Below, piece after piece: positions 46,293-58,292 of a DNA stretch of 64,000 nt. A program made the translations under genes and the position numbers. The first letter of the stretch is position 1. Every line of letters begins with the position of its first letter. The DNA is from Fistulifera solaris (lineage: Eukaryota). The notes beneath the pieces are model-generated. The model was not told the DNA's origin. It was given only the letters and a program-made list of their open reading frames with translations, and made no database searches. The DNA is taken from assembly GCA_030295235.1 (NCBI GenBank), contig AP026125.1, positions 372,001 to 436,000 on the forward strand, read 5' to 3'.

Positions 46293-47139
46293 GGTTGATT
46301 TTCATGCATTTGTTTATTAGGAAGTTTATTTGGATATCATGAAAGTGGCGATGGATTCCATCGAAGCCGTTTTGTGTCAACTCCGGTGTCTTTGTGGTCA
46401 GAACGGACCCGTTTCGAAGCTCTGCTTGCGTGCGGTCATTATCATGATGGTTTCTACTTAATGCCGAACGGCACAACGCTTGCGGACACCGCACTCATAG
46501 CTCACATTGGCCAATAGCCCAAACTCACTATTCGCCAACATGTTCGGACAAGATTTATTGGAAAATGAGTGTCAGCTCAGCTGTACCCTCACTACTTACG
46601 GGCTTTAACCTTTAACCTTAGTTTAAATTAGTTTGTACTTTGAGTACCGGTTGTCCGTTGAAATAGAAACTGAATGCTGAATTCTCTAAATACGAAAGGC
46701 AAACTAAGAAGCCTTCGCTACGACTATATAGTTTACAGCAACCATAAGTGCGTTTTCGGACAGTATTGACGAAAGTGTTGGCTAAGGGCTAAGGGTGTCA
46801 GCTTCGGCTTCTTTCGGCGGAAAGCAGTTTGGAGTATGGGCTTGAATGTAGAAACGAGCGGTGATAGGTTGTAGAGTGACGCTGAATCCGTGGAACGGCA
46901 AACTCATCGCTTTTTTGGTTGAAGCTGACGGCATGATGACGATTGCAACCGTTTCGTACTCAATTACTATGGAAATGCAACGTCAGCAAATTCTGGCCGG
47001 CTTTGACAGGTTGCTGCAAAAACAAAACCGAGCTTTTTGGCCTTTGCCACCAACAAGTCTTGCTTTGGGTGGAGATGATGAGAGGCAGTCGAGGTTACGA
47101 ATGAATAGGAAGAGTCGAGAAATTACAATACAATCCACC

Positions 47140-48371
47140 ATGTCCATCCACATACAACAGTATCCTTCGACTTATGGCGAACCAGCAGACGAAACTGTTC
47201 TGTTAAGCTTGATTCATTCGTATGACTGGGCGGCGGCGTTAGCTCGCATTACCACCCACCCCTCCGAAAGTCGTATTATTGGAGAGCAGGGGCGAACTCC
47301 ACTTTTAATTGCTTGTGATCATGATGCACCGGCAGTAGTAGTACATTCTCTCTTAAAAGCATTTCCGGAAGCCGCCATGATGGTGGGGAATTCGAATATG
47401 AACGCGTTGCACATTACATGCTCGTCCAATCATGCCTCCGTACACGTCACTCGCATTCTGTTAGAAGCCGGAAATCCCATCGCCATGACTATGATGCATG
47501 ATATTGATGGAGACACACCGTTGCATACGGCATGCCGGTGCGGAGCACCGATTGAAGTGCTCGAAGTCTTACTCCGAGCGAATCCTTTGGCCGTGCACGA
47601 ACGCGACTTGGAGGGCTTGACGCCACTCTTGCGATTGTGGGTGCGATATACTGTAATTTTGGGAAATGATGCCATTGATTCAGTGAATTGTGCGGCGGAT
47701 TTGCATGGTGAGCTTCTGGACGCTTGGAAAAAGACCGAACTTTTGTTGCGGTGTACCCAACGGGGGCCTGTGACGATGACTCGTCGGGACACGCCTTTCG
47801 TGCGGTACATGCCGCGTGCGCTGTAGATTGCCCCCGCTCTGTTGTGAGAATAGCCGCAAGAATGTATCCGCATCAGTTAGAAGAACTGGACGAGAAAGGC
47901 ATGACGCCGTTGTTGATTGCGGCCGCCGCCCCTGTTTTCAAAGTTCGTGATTTGTCCGATCAGGGATACACGTTTGAGGATATTATCTATGGGGAAGAGA
48001 CGTTTGATGATCAAGAACAAAAGAATGAGAATGATGGCGACACAGATGGATTTAGTCAACCGCCTGTCATAGAAATTATTTTGAATGCGAATCAAGGAGG
48101 AGCGTCCGCTTCGGCGGGCATTCCAGATTCAAAGGGACGTTTACCGCTTCACGTGGCCCTAGACTCTCAGAAAACTTGGAAAGAAGGAGTCAAACAGTTA
48201 GTAGAAGTATATCCGGAAGGTGTTTCGATAGTTGATCCTACAACATCACTGTATCCGTTCATGTTGGCTGCCAAAGGATTTGGGGGAGATCTGACGACTA
48301 TCTACGAAATATGCCGGCTGAACCCCTCGCTGATTCTGGATATCTACGAGAAACGGAATGGTTCTACATGA
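47140..48371 (+). CDS. Ankyrin-repeat protein (frameshift near 47765)
   Basis: GRTPLLIAC, MNALHITC, GDTPLHTAC, GLTPLLRL, GMTPLLIAA, GRLPLHVAL and LYPFMLAA. Confidence 0.85.
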
Positions 48372-48428
48372 CAAGGTTTTGGGGATACATTTGTATATAA
48401 TATGCACGTCTATGAATACATTTTAGAT

Positions 48429-49043
48429 CTACATCTGAAGCAACGGTATTTCCTCCATCTCTCTTCTACTGCACAAATATTCACCCAATACGACCATTAA
48501 TATGGTACCCAGTACATGAACGATCCACCAGTCTAACACGGTAGGAAATCCGCCGTAGAATGTGGTTAAGGTGAGATGCAATAAAAGAGCGTCACGGAAA
48601 AGTCCAAACATTTTTTGCTTTTTTCCACAATCACTGCCAGCAACACGGATCTGAGAACGAGAGCCGTGAGAATGAATGCCGGGAGCATGAATGCCGGGGA
48701 ATATCGAATAATACAATACGGTCTTACATACCCAAAGAGTGAACCCAACAACAAAGTCCAAACATCGACCCACCCCGATGGCTTCCAAATTCGAACATAA
48801 TGATCCGTAAAAATCCGATCAATCGTAATAGCCTTATTGAACAACAAATAATTGATTTGGAAACAAAAATCCGAGCAAAACATAATGAAGACATTGGATG
48901 CACACAATCTGGGTCGTGATGAGTTTCGGATGAAAGTGGGGTTCTTCGGTGCGGCGGCCGCGTCGGGGTGTTGTTCGTGGAGCAACGGGCACGCGAGGAG
49001 GTGTGCACGACCGTGAGCGTGTGCCATTCAATCGTTCGGACAT
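48429..49043 (-). CDS. SYS1: SYS1-like Golgi membrane protein; intron 48651-48731; two frameshifts
   Basis: FHPKLITTQIVCIQCLHY, IVEKSKKCLDFSVTL, FYGGFPT..WW and LGEYLCSRREMEEIPL. Confidence 0.82.
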
Positions 49044-49629
49044 GTTATTGGAGTTTTGATCGACGAGATAATGCCCTATGTTGTTAAGAAGGAAAGAGCA
49101 CTTATCGTCGCCCTTTTCTCGTTGCAACAAAGTTTTTATGAGCGAGACCTCGACCGACGGAGGGACGACCTGTCGGGTCACGGACAGACAAAAAGAACGC
49201 CGTCGTCTCGTATTATCGTGAATTGTTCCGCAGTGGTGTCTCCATAGAGTATAGAAAAGAGAGTAGAAGAAGATACGAAGAAGTTTGTTTGAATTTCATC
49301 GGCAGCTCTCGCTGCCATCTATTATTAGAGTGCAAAAGAAGGTACGTTGTTGACACGGTTGTTTCGTTCGTTACCCAAGCCAGTAGCAGAAGAAACCATT
49401 TGTTATTCGAGCAGGAAATTGAGGAACCGTAAAAGAAGCTTCCACCGAACGGCGCCGGTACGGAAATTGATTTCCAACACGGACATGTTGCTGCTCGTAC
49501 TCCCCGTACGAGGTCCTACGGTGGTTTCGGAACCACCTTGACTCACATTTCTGTTCTTTGTATCGGTTCAGAACCAGTTCTTCCCGAGTCAGTAACGTTT
49601 ACGCATTCACGCGTGGAGAGAGAGTAGTC

Positions 49630-50093
49630 ATGTCGGAGGCCGTGAAGGACGCAGCACCCGAAGCTGAAGTGAAGAAAGAAGGAGGCCGCGGTGGTCGAGG
49701 ACGTGGTGGCCGTGGAGGTAGAGGACGTGGTCGCGGAGGCCGCGGAGGACGAGGCCCTAGTAGCGATGATTCGTCCAAGATTTGTTACCAATGTGGACAG
49801 GCGGGTCATCTTTCGAGGGATTGTACGAACCCCCGCTTGGAAGGTGAAGAACGTCAAGCGATCAATCGAGCCAGGGCTCAGTATCGCCGCTGCTTCAATT
49901 GTGGTAAGATGGGGCATTTGAGCGCCGACTGTACTCGTCCGGCTGGGAATCAGGCATGTTACAATTGCCAAGGAGAAGGTCATATCGGTAAGTTGATTGG
50001 TGTGTTTCATGATTCGCTTCTCTTGCCTTTGTCTCATTCGTTTTTTTGTGTCTTGCAGCCAAAGACTGCCCCAACCCGAGAGTCTCCGAATAG
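49630..50093 (+). CDS. CNBP/Gis2-like RGG plus three CCHC zinc-knuckle nucleic-acid-binding protein; intron 49988-50058
   Basis: GGRGGRGRGG tract; knuckles CYQCGQAGHLSRDC, CFNCGKMGHLSADC and spliced CYNCQGEGHIAKDC; stop TAG at 50091-50093. Confidence 0.9.
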
Positions 50094-50447
50094 GCTGAAT
50101 CAGGATTTCGTCCTAAATGCGTATATGGGTTACACTTCCCTTTTATTTTCGTTCGACAGTCATGATCACGTAAGTGCTCCTGCAGTGCTGTGTTATTTGA
50201 GAATCCGGTGATCCACAAAAATATACATATGTTAGAACGGACTTGTACATGAGCGACTCCATATTTCTTTTGCTGAGGACTAAATGATCCCACGGTCCAG
50301 GAAATCTTTTTGGCTGAAGCGTCTTTCTCACACTTTTCTTCTTTGCCACAGTCTTGTTAAAAGGTGGCCGTGTCCTTTGTGATTTCTTTTCAAGATTGTA
50401 TAATCTAGAATTTCAGAATTGTATTTTCTACTTTACTATAGGCGGTT

Positions 50448-52328
50448 TTACAAAAGGTGTCGACGATTCCATGTTCGAAGAACTTCATGCTCGGCAAAAT
50501 AGGCAGCCTTGCGGCGCTCGTAATCCCCCTCCATATCGTAGTTTCATTTCTCGAAGCTTCCCCAGTGTGCGCTCCGAATCATCGTACTCCTCCTTTAATG
50601 GCGTTGTATTCGGATGAATCGAAAGGAAGATGTTCACCAAGGCAGTAGTACTAACGGAGGACACAAACTTGTTTTTCTACCTCTTGGCCACAGTCCGTAT
50701 ATCCGCTCTGTCCCTTATCTACGGCGGTAGCATCTAAAGCCCACCCGGTAGCACCATCGATGCATTCTAGAGAACCATTGGTAATCGATGTAATTGTGGG
50801 CAACTCTTCGGTACCGAGCCACCACGCAAACGATAAGCTGGAGTGGAAACGCACATCCTGGCCGGGATTGTCCGGATCCGTTTCGACAACGCCCTCCTCA
50901 TCGAGATAGACGGATGTACCCATTATCACGGGATGCTTGACTGTTATTTTGTCAATAATTGTACCGTCGTTATTGCATACGCTGCTGATATTCGATCCAT
51001 TGTCGTTCCGGATTTGCTTGGCTCGATGATCGCATTTGGATCGTTTCAGTGCATACGACCCTACCGCACGACAACATACGGCGCGTCGACAGGTGATCGC
51101 ACTCAGTTTTCTACCCACCGTCAACGTTTCTGGAACAATGCTTTTTTCTAAAAACGATGAAAGTAGAGAACCCTGCCACCCTAATATGTTCCATCTCAGC
51201 AACTTGTCGGAACAAGTGTGCAAAGAACCTTTTCCTGAAAACAGTGTCGTTGTGCCGGCGGGGCACCAATTTGTTTCACAGTTCGACGGCCAGGATTGTT
51301 GCTTCGGACTCAGTAATTCCATCTTTCTCTTTTCCAAAGCGATTTGCTCTTCTGAGGAGATTACGTGTCCTTTGTCCTCTTTCAGTAACAGAGAAAACTC
51401 TCCTTGCGAGATGGCGTGTCCGGGTATAGCTTCGTGATGACAAGTCGGCCACTCATCGGGGCCTAAATCGTCTCGAAACACCTCTTTTCGACAAGTTACA
51501 AAACGCTTCAGCACGGCATTCCCACAGGGAGCCGATGAAGTATAGCAGTGCAACGTGATGTGCGGGTTCAGTTTGTACAATGGAAGTTTCGTCGTAGTAT
51601 TATTGTCAGCGTCTTCCGTGAATTGAGACTTTTCAAGAATTACCATGCCGAACGGGTCTTTCTGAGCATCTGGCTTTTTTACTTTCCTATCGTTCAGGAT
51701 CTGAAGAGATAAATAACGGCGCAAGGCCCTCCTCGCCAGGACTTCGGCATGACAATCACGGACTCGATCCCCATACTGCGACGAAGCGCTTTCGCCCGCC
51801 AGTAGGGAATTCGAAAGAAACTTGGTACCCACTCCCATGGCAATGACCCGCAATTCCTTGGTCAAGCCATGATGTGCCACAATGGTCGCTACGCACGTCT
51901 GTTTTTGCTCATGGCGGAAGCTCTCGGGGACGACCATGTGATAGTGATCGACGGAAAGTTGTGCAATGCGATCCGCAAACGCGCAGGTCGATGTGCGGCG
52001 CTTTTCGGCATGACGAACCGCGCGACGTTGATCGCCTTGTTCCTTGCCTTGCATCGAAAGGAAGTTAACCTGGGTATTTCGATATCGTTTTAGGGGAGAC
52101 GAGTCCTTTTTGACAAAAATGAGACGCCGACAAATGTGTCGCGGTCGGCAGTTCCCGGGACTGGATTTGAGTTATAAGTCGAAATAAGTCAGACCACTTA
52201 ACTTGTTCCTGGATAGCGTCCCTCAGTGCTGCTACGACATGGTGGGATCGATAGGGCGACTTTTTTCGCATCAACGCGACATGATGATGCGATGTTGTTG
52301 TTGTCCTCGTCGCCGTCTCACGATGCAT
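50448..52328 (-). CDS. ADAT1/ADAR-family adenosine deaminase domain protein, no dsRBD seen (frameshifts near 52070, 50660 and 50525)
   Basis: VIAMGVGTK, DCHAEVLARR, SSAPCGNA and TCSDKLLRWNILGWQGSLLS. The C-terminus ..YERRK..WNRRHLL is read across frames. Confidence 0.85.
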
Positions 52329-52393
52329 TTCTTTTACTTTCGCACGATCAAAGTGTTTTCTTACTCTAATAGCTCAATTTTTAACATCAGCGG

Positions 52394-55300
52394 ATGTCAA
52401 ACTCTACACTTTCGTTAGTTCCGAGTGCTCCCAAGGCGACAGCACAAGTAAGGGAAGGTCGCGTCCTCGAAGGGACAAGTAACAATGAGGAAGGTCAGCA
52501 ATCATCCGGTGAAGACGTACTCGACTTTATTGGTAGCAGTCCTGCATTTAAGCAACTGTTTTCTTTACCCTATTCTTTGGAGCAGTCTGTGAGTGTGGCG
52601 ATTCACAATTTAGGTGACACGCTTCTGCTCGACCTAGACCCTGGAGATCAGGAAATTGTAAAGGAATGTGGTGACACCGGAAAAGTGACCATTCATTGAG
52701 CAAAGATAGCTTGTCTCAAGCACTGGTCACGCTATCCGAAGCAGAGCCCCAGAATGAAGCGATTACACTAGTTCATTCTCTTATCGAGTCGACGCAACCT
52801 ATCTCCAAAAGAAAGGAAAGAATTGTCGGTGTTCCCTATCCCGAAGACCAGATTGCCCGCTTCATTTCGACTCCAAATGACCCTCGCGAGTATTTGTCGT
52901 GGAAATTTCGAAACATGAACCTTCTGGTTGGCTCCGATGCCTTTGTGTATCGCCCGCCGGAAGATCACGCAGCCGGTGTTTCCGTCCGCATCGAAGATGT
53001 TCAGCTGCTTCAGTCGCAAATTCAGCTGCATCAAGAAATGCAATCCAAAAGCGAACGAGACAAGTTGTCGTATGCACAAGTTACGGCTCGATCATTACCT
53101 CAATTAGAGCAAGGCAACAACACAGAACTAAGCGAAAGCAAGTGTCAAGACGCTGTCGAGTCGGTTGAGGAGAAACAACCTTCTGGAGCCGAATCGGATC
53201 AACTGCGACTTCAATCTTGTTTAGTTTCATCGCCAAGTGTACCAATAGGCTCTTTGCTCTCCCAGAAACCCGTATTGCGGGGCGAATCGCCCCACAGCTC
53301 ACCGATATCGACGGTGTTAGATGTCTACCTGGACAATATTATGGCGAATGTTCCGCAACTCGCCTTGTGCTTACAAGACAAGGGCTTCGTACAAAGTGTG
53401 AAGCTGTTAAATACCGATCAGATTCCGTCCACCTTACTCCAGCCGTCGACACTCGACACCTCCATTCCTTTTCAAGTGTTACACGGAGCGGACGATGCGG
53501 AGCGAATCTTTTCACCCGAAGTCATGGAAATGAATGCGTCCACGCTTCTGGGCTTTTTGAAAGCCCAATGTACCAAAGACAGCACTACCTATTTATTGAG
53601 GAGAGAGGCGGGCGAAACCGCGATTCAGTTGTATGATATATCGGCGATTAGCACGCAGCGGCAACAAAAGTGGAATTGGTGGCTGGCGATGATGTCGTAC
53701 CGTTTTGCTCATCGGTTACGCTCTCTTTCCACTCAGACGGGTGATAAGGCCCTGAGTCGAAGTTTTCGGGCACGGCAAAGAAGCCTGCTGACCACTTCTT
53801 TGGAGCTACTGGACGCGCTGGCGGATATGAACGGCAAAACCCACGAAAGTCTCCTTTCGGCGATCCGAGAAAATTTAGCGGATTCGTTTTTGGGAGGTAC
53901 GGTTGATGATACTATTGAACCAGCGGAGAGCAAAAACCAACATTTAGGTGGTATAGACGCTTTGCGGCATCAACCCTACTCAAGCGTATCCTTGGATGCT
54001 TTGAACAAGTCTCACGACCATTTGGTTGAAGCCATACGAATACTCTGGCCCTCGCTTGAACGGAATGTGAAGATGAAAAAGCGGAATGATCGGAGCCGAG
54101 CTTTTGCGTCAAAAAAGCCGTCTTCAGTCAAAGTTGAATCGGTGGACATTGATGACGATTCAAGTGGTGATGACGAAAATGTGGCTGCAATGGACTTGGA
54201 TGTTATCGATCCAGTCGTGTCACAGCTCTTTGGATTGCATGAAAAGCTGGTGGATGTACTGTTGCGACTTGCCGAAATTCATCTGCAAAATTATTATTCG
54301 TCTAGTGCGATGCAGACACTGCGATCCGCAGCCCGTCGTATTTCCGACTCTTTATATCTAACTAATCTTATTGCGGAAAAATCAGAGAAGGCATCCAAGT
54401 GGCTTGACATTCTCCAGCTCCAGAATGCTTGGCTGTGGGAGCACTGCGGTCACTTTGCCCGTACCTTTGCCATGGACGAGCTATGGCGCGACCGGGGACA
54501 TGCGTCTGGTGATGATGTGGTCAGTGTGATTTTAGACGTTGATTCTGCATTGAAGCACGGCGACATTCTTTTAGATCTCACAATCAAGAAATCGCAGCGC
54601 TACGAAATCCCATTGATTCGCTATTCGAAAAATCGGGAGGGGCAATAGGCTTGGATAACTTGAGTGGAGTGGCTGATGTTAGTGCAGATGGTTCACCGCT
54701 ATCCGAAGTATGCATAAGGGATGCGATCGAACTTCTGAACAAGCAACGTCTTTTGCAAAGAGAGCATAGAAGAGTTTTGGTGCTTTCGTCCATCGCGTAT
54801 GGAAGGGCTATAGCATCTTACAAACTGGCTTCATTGTCGAACGATTCAGGACAGTATCTTGCTTTGCTTCAGCAACGGTTAGGTGACGCATGCAACGAAA
54901 CTGGCAAGGCGATGATGGACGAAGTTCGTCGTTTGCTGACCGCAGGTACTTTATCAAGTGCCGTCGAAGCATTATTACGCTCTGCCGAATTTTGGTTTCG
55001 AGAAGGTCTGACTGTTTTTGAAACGTGCAACGACTTGCGAAATGCCGCATTACTGCGATGCAATCTGTGTCAGTGCTCAAAACTCCGTGCTAACGCGATG
55101 TTGGCACCTTCAGAAGGAACGGGGAATCACGCGGAAAAATGTCTACAGGAGGCCGTCCATCAATTGCAGTCAGCGCACCAGAGTCTTGGACAGCGAGATA
55201 CCGATCCACCAACATGGGATATGGTCAGCAATGAACTGGCGGCGACCCTCTTAGTGCTAGGTGTCCGTCGTCGACAATCGTTGATGGGCAATCTTCCCGT

Positions 55301-55940
55301 ACTGGTACGCCGTCTGTCTCCTGGTGAAGAACGCTCTGTGTTTGAGCCGATGGAGAATGCTTTGACCATTTATGAGCGAGCTAGAAACTACCATCAAGCT
55401 GCTGCTGTCCACTATCAATTAGCACTCTTCTACACCAAAATATGGACCTGTCAAAGGAATGAGACTAAGACACGCGAAAAGTTATCTGCGGCATTTTCTC
55501 ATTTCCACGCATCCTACAATTTCTTTTCACAAAACGTACATGGAAACGAACCGACATTTTGCTTGCTATGTCTCGATCTTTGTCAATTGTATTCCAGTGT
55601 ATCTGGGGAGGAGGGTCTTCTTCAGGCTCTGTCTCGTTGTCTGGATACTGCTGTGGCTTTTTCGATCCGATCGTATGCCGCGCAACATACCAAATCATCC
55701 CCACAAGAGCTTTCGTTGTGGCTTAGTCAGATGGTAACTTTGGCTGATTCTGTGGAAGAACGGGTGTTTAAAATTCTCCGAACTCTCATCAAATCCGACG
55801 AAACTGGAAAGTACAAGGAATGGTATCGGGTAGGTCTTTCTTGCAAAACCCGAGGCAGTGTCGATGCATCTTTAGACCCTGAAGTGCAGAAGCTGCAGAG
55901 TTTACATTCGCTACTTGAAAGCATTAAGGGAATGATGTGA
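52394..55940 (+). CDS. EDRF1-like protein with C-terminal TPR-like helices (frameshifts near 52690 and 54580-54650)
   Basis: [58 protein letters not shown] and [23 protein letters not shown]...IQLYD match the EDRF1 N-terminal pattern. Confidence 0.78.
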
Positions 55941-56009
55941 CTGTAGATAAAATCAATCATGTACAATTAGTGTTTAAACCATTCAAATAGTTCTAAAATA
56001 TCATTGAAG

Positions 56010-57308
56010 CTACTCTTCTGGAAATAGCGCAATTTTCCTCGAAGCGGGTGTAAGCGTATTTTCTCCTCCCTTGAGACCTTCCAACCCATACTGTTTTAAG
56101 ACTTGGATGGTATCTTTTAACCGCAACTCATTTTCTTCTTCTCCTGCCGTGTCATATAGTTGCTGCAGAGACACTCCGATATGACTAGCTAATGATTTCA
56201 GAATTTGCACATCTTGCTGTGAAAAGGGTCGCGGCCTGTTCCTGTCTTCCACCATCCATGGTTGTTGTTGCTGTTCATCTCCTGCTTGGCCCTTTCCGAC
56301 TTTGTTGATAGCTTGCAAAACGGCAATTGTTTTTCCGTTCCCATCCAACACCGGCACACAAATCATCGTCTCTGCATCTTTGGCCGTCTCACTATCCCAG
56401 TCGGGCTCTTCACGAACATGATCAATCTTCCACGCTTCTCCCGTGAGCGCCGCCCGTGATACAATCCCCCGTCCCAACGGAATCCGGGTCTTTTGGTCAC
56501 TAATCTTGGCGTACAAGTATTTGCCGTGCGGCGTCGGTGTCGTCGACGTTTGTGCGTCTTGCACTTGAATGTAGAGTCGCATTTTCTGCGCTCCGACCAA
56601 ACTCCCGGCTTCTTGAACCACATCCCGAAAGATGGCATCGAGATGCGCTTCTTGTTTCTTAACTTTGACTTTGTTGGGATCCATCCACAAGAGAGGAAAC
56701 ATGCCGATGATACATCCAATCACCAGTCCGACGCCGCACCCGAGTTGATTCGCGAAGCGGACACTCCGCAATTGTCGTTGTGCGGCCGTCAAATTGGCCG
56801 TGGGCATATTCAGTTGCGCGGCCATGTCTTCCACGACCGTCCCGAGCATAATTCCGGCCACATCCGACACAATATTCCCAATGGCGGCCGCACACATGGT
56901 CGAGATCCCCAAAACAACTCCCAGACTGGTATCAATGGCGTCCCCGGCAATAATGAGAATCGAATTGTCCATAATTCCGAATCCAACAAAGGGAATGGCG
57001 TTATTCAGAGCCACAAGACGAAGTTGTTCGTAGGTTGGTTCGGGTGCATCGCCGAGTGTCGTCGTCAAGGGCTGTGGCGAAAGTGTCGCCAGGCGCGACG
57101 ACAGGGCTTGTTGTTGTGGGACGGTCAGTGATTCGATCCAGGCGTGGAGTAAAGGACTGCTGTTCGTACTGGTCTCTCCCAAGAGTTGTTGTTGCACTTT
57201 TAAGGCATTTTGCTGCGAAGTTGTCAAAGAACGCTGCTTCCGTCTCATCGACGGAGGAGTCCATTTTCGACGAACATGAGGCGATGAGACCCACCCACGC
57301 CGCAGCAT
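56010..57308 (-). CDS. TMEM65-domain membrane protein fused to a C-terminal GAF domain, with mitochondrial-type presequence
   Basis: TMEM65 signature AIPFVGFGIMDNSILIIAGDAID..LGISTMCAAAIGNIVSDVAG..GCIIGMFPL. GAF: RIPLGRGIVSRAALTGE, MICVPV..VLQAINK and PFSQQDVQIL. Arg-rich, acid-free N-terminus MLRRGWVSSPHVRRKW. Confidence 0.85.
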   Translation of the reverse strand: MLRRGWVSSPHVRRKWTPPSMRRKQRSLTTSQQNALKVQQQLLGETSTNSSPLLHAWIESLTVPQQQALSSRLATLSPQPLTTTLGDAPEPTYEQLRLVALNNAIPFVGFGIMDNSILIIAGDAIDTSLGVVLGISTMCAAAIGNIVSDVAGIMLGTVVEDMAAQLNMPTANLTAAQRQLRSVRFANQLGCGVGLVIGCIIGMFPLLWMDPNKVKVKKQEAHLDAIFRDVVQEAGSLVGAQKMRLYIQVQDAQTSTTPTPHGKYLYAKISDQKTRIPLGRGIVSRAALTGEAWKIDHVREEPDWDSETAKDAETMICVPVLDGNGKTIAVLQAINKVGKGQAGDEQQQQPWMVEDRNRPRPFSQQDVQILKSLASHIGVSLQQLYDTAGEEENELRLKDTIQVLKQYGLEGLKGGENTLTPASRKIALFPEE

Positions 57309-58020
57309 GTTTTCCTTTGTTTCGTTATTGCTTTGCCTGTATTGGGAAACGCTCTTTCTATCGTTAGCCTTTAATTGGGTGGGTGGTCGGCATCTCCGTA
57401 ACGCCAGCGACGGGTGTGCCTGTTGCTGTTCTTTTTGCAACACTTCGGTTTTTGCGCGGATCTTTCCTTCCTCCGGGTTGCCCTTCATAAGGATCATGGG
57501 TGACATCACTTAAGGTTACAGTACAAGACTTAAATCTTTTACCGTACATCATGAATCATGAATCATGACCAATACGGAATACGAAAGAGTGAACTTTTCT
57601 CATTACAGTGTATTGAGAGCTCATTGAAAATAGTGCTCGTTCTAGTATGAATTTTTGTCAAGGGCTAGGCTTGCAAATGGACTGGAAGTTCGGTCTAGTA
57701 AACACTCCGATTCATGACTGAAATCCAGTCGTGGCAAAGGTCGCTCACACTTTGGGCCCGTACATTGTACAGTAGTAGGTACAGCAACACCCAGCCGCAT
57801 TCAGGTTTTTGACGAAATATGAAGCGTACATCAGGAAAGTGCTGATAATGTTTTTCATGTTGTCAGATGATATATAGTTGCTTATTACAAATTAGCTTGA
57901 GAATGGACGGCAATAGTCGAGTTTATTCTGGCTCTAAGAGAGATGCTGATAATTCATGACTGACTTGAAGCCTGTCACGAGACTTAGGCTCATACTTAGC
58001 TATATGTATACAGTTGACAC

Positions 58021-58153
58021 CACATCTGGAGATTTTCTATTTACGTAAGACGCAACTTCCACAGATTTTCTGACTACGTAAAACATCACATCCACAGTTT
58101 TGCTGTGTACGTGAAAACACCGCTCCCCAGATTTTCTGTGTACTCGAAAACAC
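58021..58153. repeat. Degenerate ~33-bp tandem repeat, four copies
   Basis: Units start at 58021, 58054, 58087 and 58121; consensus approximately CACATCCACAGATTTTCTGTGTACGTAAAACAC. Confidence 0.75.
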
Positions 58154-58292
58154 CTCATGCACCGAAGGTACTAAGGTTTATGCGTGCATTGCAAATGGCG
58201 CTGCTGCTCATGACAAAATACGTGCCTGATGTCAAAGGCTATCATAATTTTGATTGAAAGTAGTTTCCAGCACCATTAATAAACACAACAAT

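Noticed and set aside
58021..58153. Possible CRISPR array
   Set aside because: The units are contiguous and degenerate with no unique spacers, there are no cas genes, and the context is eukaryotic.
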